Source: an uncultured Elusimicrobia bacterium (GTDB taxonomy: Bacteria > Elusimicrobiota > Endomicrobiia > DTEH01). From it: 64,000 bases of DNA. Both the position numbers and the translations under genes were made by a program. Numbering within the stretch: the stretch's first letter is position 1; each line of letters opens with the position of its first letter. The stretch lies in the NCBI GenBank assembly GCA_964561135.1, contig CAZLOB010000054.1, forward strand, positions 22,429 to 86,428, read 5' to 3'. Shown in pieces: positions 19,163-28,561 of this stretch. The notes beneath the pieces are model-generated. The model saw only the letters and a program-made list of their open reading frames with translations. It searched no databases and was not told where the DNA came from.

Positions 19163-19936
19163 ATGAGTAAAATAATAACAGTTGCAAATCAAAAAGGTGG
19201 TGTTGGTAAAACAACAACAGTAATCAACTTAGCAGCATCGCTTGCATATTATGGTAAAAGTGTTTTAGTTATAGATATTGATCCACAAGCAAACGCTACA
19301 AGTGGGTTAGGTGTACGAATTGATACTGTAAGTAATAAAAATATTTACCACATTATTATAGATGAACAAAAAATTACTGATGTTATAATTCCAACTTCGG
19401 TTGACTGGATTGAGCTTGTACCTTCTCACATAGACCTTACAGGTGCAGAAGTAGAACTTGTCAGTATGTTAAATCGAGAATATAGATTAAAAAATGCTGT
19501 AGAAGAAATAAAATCGTTATACGATTTTATTTTGGTTGATTGTCCACCTTCGTTAGGATTGCTTACGATAAACGCGCTTGCATGTTGTGATAGTGTCTTA
19601 GTACCGATACAATGTGAATATTTTGCGTTAGAAGGTCTTGCACAATTGTTAAAAACAATAAATCTTGTAAAAACATATTTGAACAAAACTTTATCGATTG
19701 AAGGTGTTATACTTACAATGTATGATACAAGGACTGCGTTAAGTGCTGAAGTTGCAGAAAATGTAAGAAAATATTTTCAACATAAAGTATACAAAACGAT
19801 CATTCCTCGTGGTGTACGTGCAGCAGAAGCACCAAGTTATGGTAAACCATTGCTTTATTATGACAAAACATCAAAAGTTACACAAGCATATCTTTCTTTA
19901 GCAGAAGAAATTTTGAATTTGAATAATACCGTGTAA
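19163..19936 (+). CDS. parA: Chromosome partitioning ATPase ParA/Soj
   Basis: 257 aa. It has the deviant Walker A NQKGGVGKTTT and typical ParA/MinD-family regions. Confidence 0.9.
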   Translation: MSKIITVANQKGGVGKTTTVINLAASLAYYGKSVLVIDIDPQANATSGLGVRIDTVSNKNIYHIIIDEQKITDVIIPTSVDWIELVPSHIDLTGAEVELVSMLNREYRLKNAVEEIKSLYDFILVDCPPSLGLLTINALACCDSVLVPIQCEYFALEGLAQLLKTINLVKTYLNKTLSIEGVILTMYDTRTALSAEVAENVRKYFQHKVYKTIIPRGVRAAEAPSYGKPLLYYDKTSKVTQAYLSLAEEILNLNNTV

Positions 19937-19972
19937 ATTGTAGCTGTAAATCTTGCTTTGCTAAAAATAAAA

Positions 19973-20037
19973 TGTAGGGCACGGCTTTAGCCGTGCAATT
20001 TATGAAAATAAAAGCAATGCTAAAGCATTGCCCTACA
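19973..20037. promoter_or_regulatory. Structured element at the parA-parB junction. A closing stem encloses two tandem 18-bp palindromes.
   Basis: TGTAGG(19973-19978) pairs with CCTACA(20032-20037). Inside are GCACGGC-TTTA-GCCGTGC (19979-19996) and GCAATGC-TAAA-GCATTGC (20014-20031). Both GC-rich palindromes lie in very AT-rich DNA. Confidence 0.35.
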
Positions 20038-20055
20038 AAAACTACAAAAAACAAT

Positions 20056-20928
20056 ATGAAAAAACATCTTGGAAAAGGACTCGAAGCGTTAATATCAGAG
20101 GTTGTATTTAAAGAAGAAGTTTCAGAAGAACAAATTCAAAAAGATGTTATTGCATATGTTGACATAGAAAAGATTGTTCCTTCAAAATGGCAAGTAAGGA
20201 AAAAGTTTGATGAAGAAAGTCTTTTACAACTTGCTTCATCTATAAAACAATCTGGAATAGTAGAACCACTTATAGTTTGTCCTTTAGCTGATGGGAAATA
20301 TGAGATAGTTTGTGGTGAACGCAGGTGGCGTGCTGCAAAACTTGTCTCGTTATCTCAGATACCTGTTATCATTAAACATTTAAACGATCAACAAAAGCAC
20401 CTGTTATCACTTATAGAAAATGTTCAACGAGAAGATTTGAATCCTGTTGAAGAAGCAACCGCGTATAAAAATTTAATGACAGAATTTAACCTCACTCAAG
20501 AACAGATAAGTGAACTTGTTGGAAAAGACAGGTCTGTTATTGCGAATACTATAAGAATACTTTCTTTACCTCAAGAAGTATTAAAATATATTGAAGATGG
20601 TCTTATTTCTTTAGGTCATGCAAGAACACTCGCAAGTTTAAAAAATAAAAACATAATTATTGAACTTGCGAATAAAATTGTTCAAGATAAACTTACAGTA
20701 CGCGATGTTGAACTCATTGTAAAAACTTTAAAGACAAAAAAAACTTTTATAAAAAAACCAACTACATCTATCCCTGAAGTTTTTCAAATACAGAAAGAAT
20801 TGTCAGAAATTTTAGGAACAAAAGTTGTAATAAAACCATCAAGTGATACAAAAGGTAAAATAGTCATTTCGTATAACAATTTAGAAGAGTTTGAAAACAT
20901 AGTAACACGATTGAAGCTGAAAAAGTAA
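20056..20928 (+). CDS. parB: Chromosome partitioning protein ParB/Spo0J
   Basis: It has the N-terminal KGLEALI box and the ParB box IVCGERRWRAAKL. The HTH region is EQISELVGKDRSVIANTIRILSLPQEV. The start is moved from the ORF-track GTG 19993 to ATG 20056. Confidence 0.85.
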   Translation: MKKHLGKGLEALISEVVFKEEVSEEQIQKDVIAYVDIEKIVPSKWQVRKKFDEESLLQLASSIKQSGIVEPLIVCPLADGKYEIVCGERRWRAAKLVSLSQIPVIIKHLNDQQKHLLSLIENVQREDLNPVEEATAYKNLMTEFNLTQEQISELVGKDRSVIANTIRILSLPQEVLKYIEDGLISLGHARTLASLKNKNIIIELANKIVQDKLTVRDVELIVKTLKTKKTFIKKPTTSIPEVFQIQKELSEILGTKVVIKPSSDTKGKIVISYNNLEEFENIVTRLKLKK

Positions 20929-21032
20929 AGAGAAGTTTAAAACTACAAAGTGTAAAACTAAAAATCTTGTAAAGCAGTGTTTTAACAACGATACTAACAA
21001 TTGGACCATGTAAAACACAATATAAATAATCT

Positions 21033-24000
21033 TCACAATGTACGAAAAACTATGAATACAAATTTTTCAAAACATTTTTGAACACTAGAAAATTTACCTA
21101 AAAAAATAATATTTTTTTCTTCTATATTTTTTATCACAAATTCTGAAGAAGGGTGAAATTTTTGTATCAAAAACTTAATTTTCTCTTCATCATTATATAA
21201 AATATCAACCTTACAACCTTCAGTTGCCTTTTTAAAAGAAATTTTTGAAATATTAAATCTTTTCAACACAACACGAAGTTTGCTTATTAAAAACAAATTC
21301 TTTAACGCTAATTCGTCTTTTGGCGAACATTTCCCATATCTATCTTCTATTTCTTCTTTTATATTTTCAATCTCAGTAATACTTTTCGCTTCTAACAGTT
21401 TTCTATAAAACCCTAACCTTGTTTCTTCATCTTCAATATAACTACCTGGTATCATGGCCGGAATATCAATCTCTATTTTAGGTGATATTTCTTCGTATTT
21501 ATATCCAGCAATTTCGTTTAATACTTGCTGTATTATTTTTGAATACATACTAAGTCCAACTTCATTAACAAAACCATGTTGTTTTGTTCCTAAAATTTCA
21601 CCTGCTCCACGTATTTCAAGATCTCTCAATGCTAATCTAAAACCGCTACCAAGCGATGTGAATTCTTTTAATGCAGCAAGACGTTTTTTTGCATTTTGAG
21701 TTAAATTTTCTGGCGAATAAAATAAATAACAATAAGCTTTTTTTGTCCTACGGCCAACACGACCTCTTAGCTGATAAAGTTGTGCTAAACCAAAATTTTC
21801 TACATTTTCTATTATTATAGTGTTCACATTTGGTATATCTAAACCAGATTCAATAATTGTTGTTGAAACTAAGATTTGTATTTTTTCTTGAATGAACCTT
21901 ATCATTATATCTTCAATTTTTTTTGCTGGTAATTTACTGTGAATAAACTCAACAGATATATCGGAAAAATAAGATTTTATTTTATTCGTTTTATGTTCAA
22001 TTAAATTTATGTTGTTAAAAACATAGTATATTTGTCCACCACGAGAAAGTTCTTTACTTATTGCTTCAATAACATACCTTTCACTATATGGCAAAATGTA
22101 TGTTTCAATAGGCAGGCGTCCTTCTGGCGGTGTCTCAATAACAGAGATATCTTTTATTCCTTCAAGAGCAAATGCTAAAGTACGTGGTATCGGTGTTGCA
22201 GTAAGAGATAAAACATCTGGTAATGGTTGGTTTTCATTGACAAAATTTTTATATTTTAACCTAATTTTTTCTTTTTGTCTAACTCCAAACTTATGTTCTT
22301 CATCTATAATTACAAGTCCTAAATCGTTAAACTTTATGTTGTCATTTAACAAAATATGAGTACCTATTACAACATCTATTTCGCCTTCAGAAATTTTTTT
22401 CATTACTTCGGTCAGGTATTGTTTTGGTTGTAATCTCGTCATTATTGCAACCTTAATACCAAAAACTTCAAGCCTACTGCGAAAAGTTCTAAAATGTTGT
22501 TCAGCAAGGACTGTCGTTGGACATAAAACTAAAACTTGTCTTTTGTTTAAAACTGCTCTAAATGTAGCTCTTAATGCAACTTCTGTTTTTCCAAAACCTA
22601 CATCGCCAACTATAACTCTATCCATTGGATAATCTTTATTCATATCAGACAAAACTTCTTTAATTGCTTTTTTTTGATCCTCAGTTTCTTCATATTCAAA
22701 AGTTTCTTCAAACATCGATTCTAACTTTTCATCTGCTTCAAACTTAACCCCTTTTATTTTTTTTCTTTGTGTATACAAAGTATAAAGTTGAACAATAAAT
22801 TCTTTAATTGATTGTTTAATTCTTTGTGTAGTTTTTTGCCATGTTTCTCTATTAAGGGAAGAAAGTCTCGGAGGTTTATTAGATAATGAAACATATTTTT
22901 CAACTGTATCAATTTCTATTACAGGTACATATAATAATGTGTTATCAGCAAATTTCAAAGTAAGAAATTCTTTATCATAACCATACATTGAGATGGTTTT
23001 TATACCAAGGAATTTTGCTATACCATATTCTCTATGTACAACGAAATCGTTTGGCTGAATTTCCCAAATATTTTCTAATCTTATCCCATGATATACCTCT
23101 TGTTTTGGATAAGCAGTCCATTGGAACTGTGAAAATACTTCAGGATATGTTATAAAAAAGATTTTTTTAGATAATGAGTAAAAGCCCGCTGACAAGCTTG
23201 TTTTTAACAATTTTATATTTTTTCTTTCATCAAAAATTGATACAATTTTTTCAAGCTGTGTTTCATACATGTACCCAAAAAATATTTTATAACCATCTGA
23301 AAGAAATTTATCCAAATCTTTTTTAAAAATTTCTAATTGACCGTAATATCTACTCGGAGTTAAATAGTTAAAAGAAAAATCGTCATCTTTAACATCAACA
23401 TTTTCAAAACAACCTATTATATTAAAATTGTTTTTAAACAAAAAATCTTTAATAAGCAAATCTGATTTACTGTAAAGAATTTCAACAGGATAAATTTCTA
23501 CCAAAGAAATCTTTGTCGTAACAATTGAGCGTTGAGAAGAGACATCAAAAAATTTTATTTGTGATACTTTTTGTTCTTCAAGAACAATTCTTACAGGATA
23601 GATTGTTTTTTTACAAACAAAATTTTCATCTTTTATAAAGACAAACCCGTTCGGCCAGATATCTATTATATTCCCACGTATTGCAAACTCACCTATTGCT
23701 TCAACATAGTTTACTCTTTTATATCCAAACTTTACTAACTTCGACAAAATTTCATCAAAATTTATTTCTTTATCAACTTCTACATTAAAAGGCGAAACAA
23801 AAATTATTGGGAAATATAATACACACTTATGAAGTAATAGACATACTTTCTGTTTCTTATAACATTCACTTGACAGTTTAATAAGATCTATAATGCTATC
23901 TTGGACAAGTTTTCCTGCTTCAGTATAAAGACAAAGGATTTCAATATCATCAAAACTTCCATATTCACTAAAGACATTTTTTACTTCAAAAAATGTATGT

Positions 24001-24131
24001 TTAACAAAATAAAGATCTATATAATCATCAAAGATAACTGCAGTAGAAGCATCTTTTACCTTTTCGGAAAGGATAAAATAAGAAAAAGCTGTAATACGAC
24101 TCTTGTCAAACAAATACTGTTTCTGCATCAA
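21033..24131 (-). CDS. mfd: Transcription-repair coupling factor
   Basis: 1032 aa. It has helicase motifs I (VGDVGFGKTEVALRA) and II (IIDEEHKFGVRQKEK), motif VI QLRGRVGRR and a C-terminal TRG/D7 region. The N-terminus is shorter than E. coli Mfd. Confidence 0.85.
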   Translation of the reverse strand: MMQKQYLFDKSRITAFSYFILSEKVKDASTAVIFDDYIDLYFVKHTFFEVKNVFSEYGSFDDIEILCLYTEAGKLVQDSIIDLIKLSSECYKKQKVCLLLHKCVLYFPIIFVSPFNVEVDKEINFDEILSKLVKFGYKRVNYVEAIGEFAIRGNIIDIWPNGFVFIKDENFVCKKTIYPVRIVLEEQKVSQIKFFDVSSQRSIVTTKISLVEIYPVEILYSKSDLLIKDFLFKNNFNIIGCFENVDVKDDDFSFNYLTPSRYYGQLEIFKKDLDKFLSDGYKIFFGYMYETQLEKIVSIFDERKNIKLLKTSLSAGFYSLSKKIFFITYPEVFSQFQWTAYPKQEVYHGIRLENIWEIQPNDFVVHREYGIAKFLGIKTISMYGYDKEFLTLKFADNTLLYVPVIEIDTVEKYVSLSNKPPRLSSLNRETWQKTTQRIKQSIKEFIVQLYTLYTQRKKIKGVKFEADEKLESMFEETFEYEETEDQKKAIKEVLSDMNKDYPMDRVIVGDVGFGKTEVALRATFRAVLNKRQVLVLCPTTVLAEQHFRTFRSRLEVFGIKVAIMTRLQPKQYLTEVMKKISEGEIDVVIGTHILLNDNIKFNDLGLVIIDEEHKFGVRQKEKIRLKYKNFVNENQPLPDVLSLTATPIPRTLAFALEGIKDISVIETPPEGRLPIETYILPYSERYVIEAISKELSRGGQIYYVFNNINLIEHKTNKIKSYFSDISVEFIHSKLPAKKIEDIMIRFIQEKIQILVSTTIIESGLDIPNVNTIIIENVENFGLAQLYQLRGRVGRRTKKAYCYLFYSPENLTQNAKKRLAALKEFTSLGSGFRLALRDLEIRGAGEILGTKQHGFVNEVGLSMYSKIIQQVLNEIAGYKYEEISPKIEIDIPAMIPGSYIEDEETRLGFYRKLLEAKSITEIENIKEEIEDRYGKCSPKDELALKNLFLISKLRVVLKRFNISKISFKKATEGCKVDILYNDEEKIKFLIQKFHPSSEFVIKNIEEKNIIFLGKFSSVQKCFEKFVFIVFRTL

Positions 24132-24191
24132 ATAGTATAATACACAATTTTATATGACAAAACAAGTTTTGTTGAAAAAATCCTACGATAC

Positions 24192-24220
24192 TTGACAATC
24201 AAAACTTAAATTTTTATATA
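24192..24220 (+). promoter_or_regulatory. Candidate sigma70-type promoter for the ABC transporter operon
   Basis: TTGACA (24192-24197), a 17-nt spacer, then TATATA (24215-24220), about 70 bp upstream of the ATG at 24289. Confidence 0.35.
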
Positions 24221-24288
24221 ATTTTATATACATATAACAACATTGCATTTTAAACAAATTCCAACCTAGATATAATAACAAACCAAAA

Positions 24289-25206
24289 ATGATACAAATA
24301 AGAAATATAACAAAAACATTTGGAAAAGTTATCGCATTAAATAATGTAAGTTTTGATATCAATGACAACCAAATCCTAGCTCTTTTAGGACCAAACGGTG
24401 CTGGCAAAAGTACACTTATGCGTATAATAACAGGCTACCTTTCACAAGATAGCGGAGAGATAAGTATTGATGGTGAAATAGTCTCTACTGAAAAAATTTC
24501 TACAAAAGAAAACATTGGTTATCTACCTGAAAACAATCCTTTATACGAAGATATGACCGTATACGAATATTTATCGTTTATATCAGAATTACGCAATGTA
24601 CCTAAAGAACGAATAAAAGATGTTGTTGAACTATGTAAGATAAAGGATGTTATAAACAGAACTATATCCGAACTTTCAAAAGGTTATAGACAACGGGTAG
24701 GTTTTGCAGCTGCTATACTTCATGATCCAAAAATTTTAATTTTAGACGAACCTACTGCTGGTCTTGACCCAAACCAAGCTACTGAAGTAAGGGAGCTAAT
24801 TAAAGAATATAAAAAAGATAAAACCATAATTCTTTCCACACATATATTATCAGAAGTTGAAGAAGTTGCTGATTATGTTGTTATAATTCACAAAGGAATA
24901 ATTGTCGCACAGGGTACTATTGAAGACTTACATAGAATAGTTTTAAAACATAATATTATCTATTTTGCAGGAAAGTTTGACAAAGATCTTGTTAGTTATT
25001 TACCATCAGTTATCCCTGGTATTTATAACATAAAACTTGTTGCAAAAGATAACGAAATAACTGAATACGAAATTGAAACAGAAGCAGATATAGATATAAG
25101 AAAAGATTTGTTCAAAATGGCTGTTAAAGAAAACTGGGAAATAGTAGAATTACATCGTGTTTCTGTTTCATTACAAGAAATTTTCAGAGAACTAACAAGT
25201 AGTTAA
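24289..25206 (+). CDS. ABC transporter ATP-binding protein (GldA-like, ABC-2 type)
   Basis: 305 aa. It has Walker A GPNGAGKST, the ABC signature LSKGYRQRV and Walker B ILILDEPTAGLD. Confidence 0.85.
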   Translation: MIQIRNITKTFGKVIALNNVSFDINDNQILALLGPNGAGKSTLMRIITGYLSQDSGEISIDGEIVSTEKISTKENIGYLPENNPLYEDMTVYEYLSFISELRNVPKERIKDVVELCKIKDVINRTISELSKGYRQRVGFAAAILHDPKILILDEPTAGLDPNQATEVRELIKEYKKDKTIILSTHILSEVEEVADYVVIIHKGIIVAQGTIEDLHRIVLKHNIIYFAGKFDKDLVSYLPSVIPGIYNIKLVAKDNEITEYEIETEADIDIRKDLFKMAVKENWEIVELHRVSVSLQEIFRELTSS

Positions 25207-25211
25207 ACTTT

Positions 25212-25922
25212 ATGAAAAATGTATTTAATTTTAAAAAAATCAAAGTATTGGTAAAAAAAGAACTCAATCTTTATTTCAACTCTCCTATAGCGTATATCGT
25301 TATATCTATATTTTTGATGCTATTAGGATTCTTTTATTCACGTCCTTTATTTATTCAAAACTATGCTACTTTAAGACATGTTTTTGATGTTATACCTTTA
25401 TTTTTTTTATTTTTTATCCCCGCGATCACTATGCGACTATATTCAGAAGAATATAAATCAGGAACAATTGAAGTTATCTTTACCTTACCTGTTAGAAAAA
25501 TTGAAGTGTTATTAGCAAAATATATTAGTGCAGTATGTGTAATTTTAATTTCAATTATTTTAACCTTACTTTATCCTATAACACTTTTATTTTTTGGCAA
25601 GTTTGATATAGGACAAACAATTGCAGGATACATAGGTGTTTTACTGTTAGTTTTATTTTTCAGTAGTATTGGTGTTTTTACCTCAAGTTTCACAAAGAAT
25701 CAAATTATAAGTTTTGTAATTTCGTTTGCTATAATGTTTATATTTTTTATATTAGGAAAACTAGGAATTTTTGTTTCTCCAACATTAGCATATATTGGAA
25801 TAGATGTTCACTATGACAATTTTGTCCGTGGCATTGTTGATGCAAGAGATGTTATATATTTTCTTTCATTAACGGCGCTATTTTTATACTTCACATATCT
25901 ATCAACAACTACTGAAAAATAA
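25212..25922 (+). CDS. ABC-2 family permease (GldF-like)
   Basis: 236 aa. It has six predicted TM helices and directly follows the ATPase. Confidence 0.6.
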   Translation: MKNVFNFKKIKVLVKKELNLYFNSPIAYIVISIFLMLLGFFYSRPLFIQNYATLRHVFDVIPLFFLFFIPAITMRLYSEEYKSGTIEVIFTLPVRKIEVLLAKYISAVCVILISIILTLLYPITLLFFGKFDIGQTIAGYIGVLLLVLFFSSIGVFTSSFTKNQIISFVISFAIMFIFFILGKLGIFVSPTLAYIGIDVHYDNFVRGIVDARDVIYFLSLTALFLYFTYLSTTTEK

Positions 25923-25925
25923 ACT

Positions 25926-27479
25926 ATGAAAATAAATTTTCAACAAAAGCATGTTACAATAATTTTTTCAATAATTGCAGTAATTTTATTGAATCTTATA
26001 TTTTATTTTGGTTTTTTCAGATTAGATCTGACAAAAGGTAAAATCTATTCATTATCAAAACCCTCAAAAAAACTTGTTTCATCATTAGACGAACCTATCT
26101 ATATCCGCGCAATTTTTAGTAAAGTCCTGCCTGAGCAGTTTAAATTTATACGTATTTATGTGGAAGATTTATTAAAAGAATACAGACAAGCATCCCGTGG
26201 TAAACTTAAATTTGAATTCATAGATCCATTACAACCAAACGCAAAAATATCTCAACAAGAAGCACATTCTATGGGCATCCCACCGATTGAATTCAGTGTT
26301 GTTGAAAGAGACAAACTTGAAGTTAAAAAAGGATACATGGGACTTGCTTTGCTGCATAAAGACAAAAAAGAAATTATCCCAGTAATAAACAACATTGAAA
26401 TGTTAGAATACGATATAACCTCAGCAATAAAAAGATTAACAATAAAACAAAAAAAAGTTCTAGGTGTTGCAAATGTCCACAAATGTGACTCACTAACAAA
26501 CGAAGATTATCGTGAATTTAAAGAACATATACAAAAACTATATGATATAAAACAAGTAGAATTATCTTCAACAAGCCTTCAACAAATAGATGCTCTTTTA
26601 GTTATTTCACCAAAAGAAAATTTTGATGACAAAGAATTATTTTTCTTAGACCAGTATATACTTTCAGGCAAACCTTGTGCTTTCCTTATTGATAGGTATA
26701 ATATAAACATACAATCTTTTTGGGCAACAAAAATCTATTCTAACATTTTTGATTTTATTTCACATTACGGAGTAGAATTTTCTACGGAGGGACTTATTGC
26801 TGATTATCAATGTCAAAAGGTTTCTTTAAGGACACAACATGGTTTCCTTGTCATGGAAAGTATTGTAGATTATCCTTTCATACCGATTATAACAAATATA
26901 AACAAAAATCATCCTTTAACAAAAAACATATCTCAAGCAGCTCTTCCTTTTTGTTCGCCTTTAAAAATAAAATCAGGATTAAAAGATATTACATATTCAA
27001 TACTTATGGAAACATCTAAATACAGTTTTCTTAAAAAAGATGTATTTTCAATAAACCCAATGACAGTAAATTTTAAAACAGATAAATCTACGCAAAAAGG
27101 TCCTTTTATTGTTGCAGTAGAGCTAAAAGGAAAATTTCCAAGTTATTTTTCTGACGATGATAAATTTAAAAAATTGCAACTTGATATCCCAGAAAGAATT
27201 AAAGAATCAAAAACTGAAAGTAGAATTTTAGTTTTTTCATCAGGATTTTTTGCTCAAAGAGAATTTACTCTTTTAGGAAACATTATTGATTATTTATTAC
27301 AAGAATACGAAATCGTAAGTATAAGAAGTAAAAAAGTTGTCCCTTCAGCAATGAAACCTGTACCTGATATAGTCAAAATTTTATATCGTTATTTTATAAC
27401 ATTTTTTTTACCAGCAATAGTAATTTTTGCAGGTGTGATAAAATGGTATTTTAGAAAAACAAAGGTTGTTGTCATATGA
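25926..27479 (+). CDS. GldG-like ABC-transporter auxiliary component
   Basis: 517 aa. It has N- and C-terminal TM anchors around a large extracytoplasmic domain. It is the third gene of a GldA/GldF/GldG-like arrangement. Confidence 0.5.
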   Translation: MKINFQQKHVTIIFSIIAVILLNLIFYFGFFRLDLTKGKIYSLSKPSKKLVSSLDEPIYIRAIFSKVLPEQFKFIRIYVEDLLKEYRQASRGKLKFEFIDPLQPNAKISQQEAHSMGIPPIEFSVVERDKLEVKKGYMGLALLHKDKKEIIPVINNIEMLEYDITSAIKRLTIKQKKVLGVANVHKCDSLTNEDYREFKEHIQKLYDIKQVELSSTSLQQIDALLVISPKENFDDKELFFLDQYILSGKPCAFLIDRYNINIQSFWATKIYSNIFDFISHYGVEFSTEGLIADYQCQKVSLRTQHGFLVMESIVDYPFIPIITNINKNHPLTKNISQAALPFCSPLKIKSGLKDITYSILMETSKYSFLKKDVFSINPMTVNFKTDKSTQKGPFIVAVELKGKFPSYFSDDDKFKKLQLDIPERIKESKTESRILVFSSGFFAQREFTLLGNIIDYLLQEYEIVSIRSKKVVPSAMKPVPDIVKILYRYFITFFLPAIVIFAGVIKWYFRKTKVVVI

Positions 27480-28462
27480 AAAAATTAACCTCTTGGATCA
27501 TCTTAATACTAATCCTAATTCTTATTTTGCTTATAAGAATTTCGGTAAGAAGTCATTATAAAACAAAATTTTTGTTCAAAGGAAAAGAGATTATCAAAAT
27601 AGAATTTAAAGACATAGATAACAAAGATGTAGTTTTAAAAAAAGAAAATGACGATTGGATAGTATTAACATCGACAGCTATATATCCAGCAAATAAAGAA
27701 AGAATAAAACTAATATTAGAAAAACTTGAGGGATTTAAGTTGTCAGAACTTATTTCAAAAAAACCATCTACATACGAAAATTATCAACTAAATGAATCAT
27801 CAGCAACTAAGATAAGAGTTTACTATGGTAAAAACAAATCTAAGGACATATGGTTTGGTAAAACAGGAGGGTTTATATATAATGAATGTTATGTAAGGAT
27901 TGATGAAAAACCAGAAGTATATTTAGCTAGTGGTATTACATCTGATGAGTTTATGGATCAGTTTTATCATTACTGCAGTAGAACTATTTTAAAATCTGAT
28001 ATAGATAAAATTAATTTTGTTCGTGTTAGAATAGATAATAAAATATACGAATTTAAAAAAGAATTAAAAGATGACACAACTACATGGGTCAATTTAAAAG
28101 TTTCAAAAAAAATTGATTCAGAAAGATTTAATAGTTATCTTAGAAACTTTGATGAATTTATTGGTGACGTTATAATCGAACCTACAGATTATAATTTAGA
28201 TAAACTGATAAAACCTATCTTAGAGATCAATTTAAAATACGAAGATAATACTGAAGTTTTAATTTATGTATACGATAAACTTGATGTCAAAATACGTTCT
28301 AAATGGTCAACTAACACTCTCCAACTTTATCCTGTAAAAATAAAATGTCTAACTTCTAAAGGTCCTTCAGTAGAAATTATTAGCAATGAGAATATTGTAT
28401 ACTGTATTTATGATTTTAGGTTCAAAAATTTAAAAACAATACTTGAAATACCTATCTTATAA
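27476..28462 (+). CDS. Hypothetical membrane-anchored protein (DUF4340-like; a frequent neighbour of GldG-like genes)
   Basis: 328 aa. It has an N-terminal TM (WIILILILILILLI) and a 4-nt overlap with the GldG-like gene. Confidence 0.3.
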   Translation: MKKLTSWIILILILILILLIRISVRSHYKTKFLFKGKEIIKIEFKDIDNKDVVLKKENDDWIVLTSTAIYPANKERIKLILEKLEGFKLSELISKKPSTYENYQLNESSATKIRVYYGKNKSKDIWFGKTGGFIYNECYVRIDEKPEVYLASGITSDEFMDQFYHYCSRTILKSDIDKINFVRVRIDNKIYEFKKELKDDTTTWVNLKVSKKIDSERFNSYLRNFDEFIGDVIIEPTDYNLDKLIKPILEINLKYEDNTEVLIYVYDKLDVKIRSKWSTNTLQLYPVKIKCLTSKGPSVEIISNENIVYCIYDFRFKNLKTILEIPIL

Positions 28463-28545
28463 TTCTTTTCTTAATTTCTTCATAAAGATGTTGTATTATT
28501 TTTTTTATTTTTGTATAATTTATTTGTTCTTTTGTTATACAACTT

Positions 28546-28551
28546 AAGGAG
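28546..28551 (+). promoter_or_regulatory. Shine-Dalgarno sequence for leuA
   Basis: AAGGAG lies 10 nt upstream of ATG 28562. Confidence 0.4.
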
Positions 28552-28561
28552 AATAAAAATA

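Noticed and set aside
19993-20055. ORF-track N-terminal extension of parB beginning at a GTG inside the palindromic element
   Set aside because: The ParB N-terminal box (KGLEALI) begins right after ATG 20056. The extension overlaps the structured or palindromic intergenic element and adds no ParB-like sequence.
24183-24407. 74-aa minus-strand ORF in the mfd/ABC divergent promoter region
   Set aside because: It is low-complexity and overlaps the ABC ATPase start and the promoter. It has no homology features.
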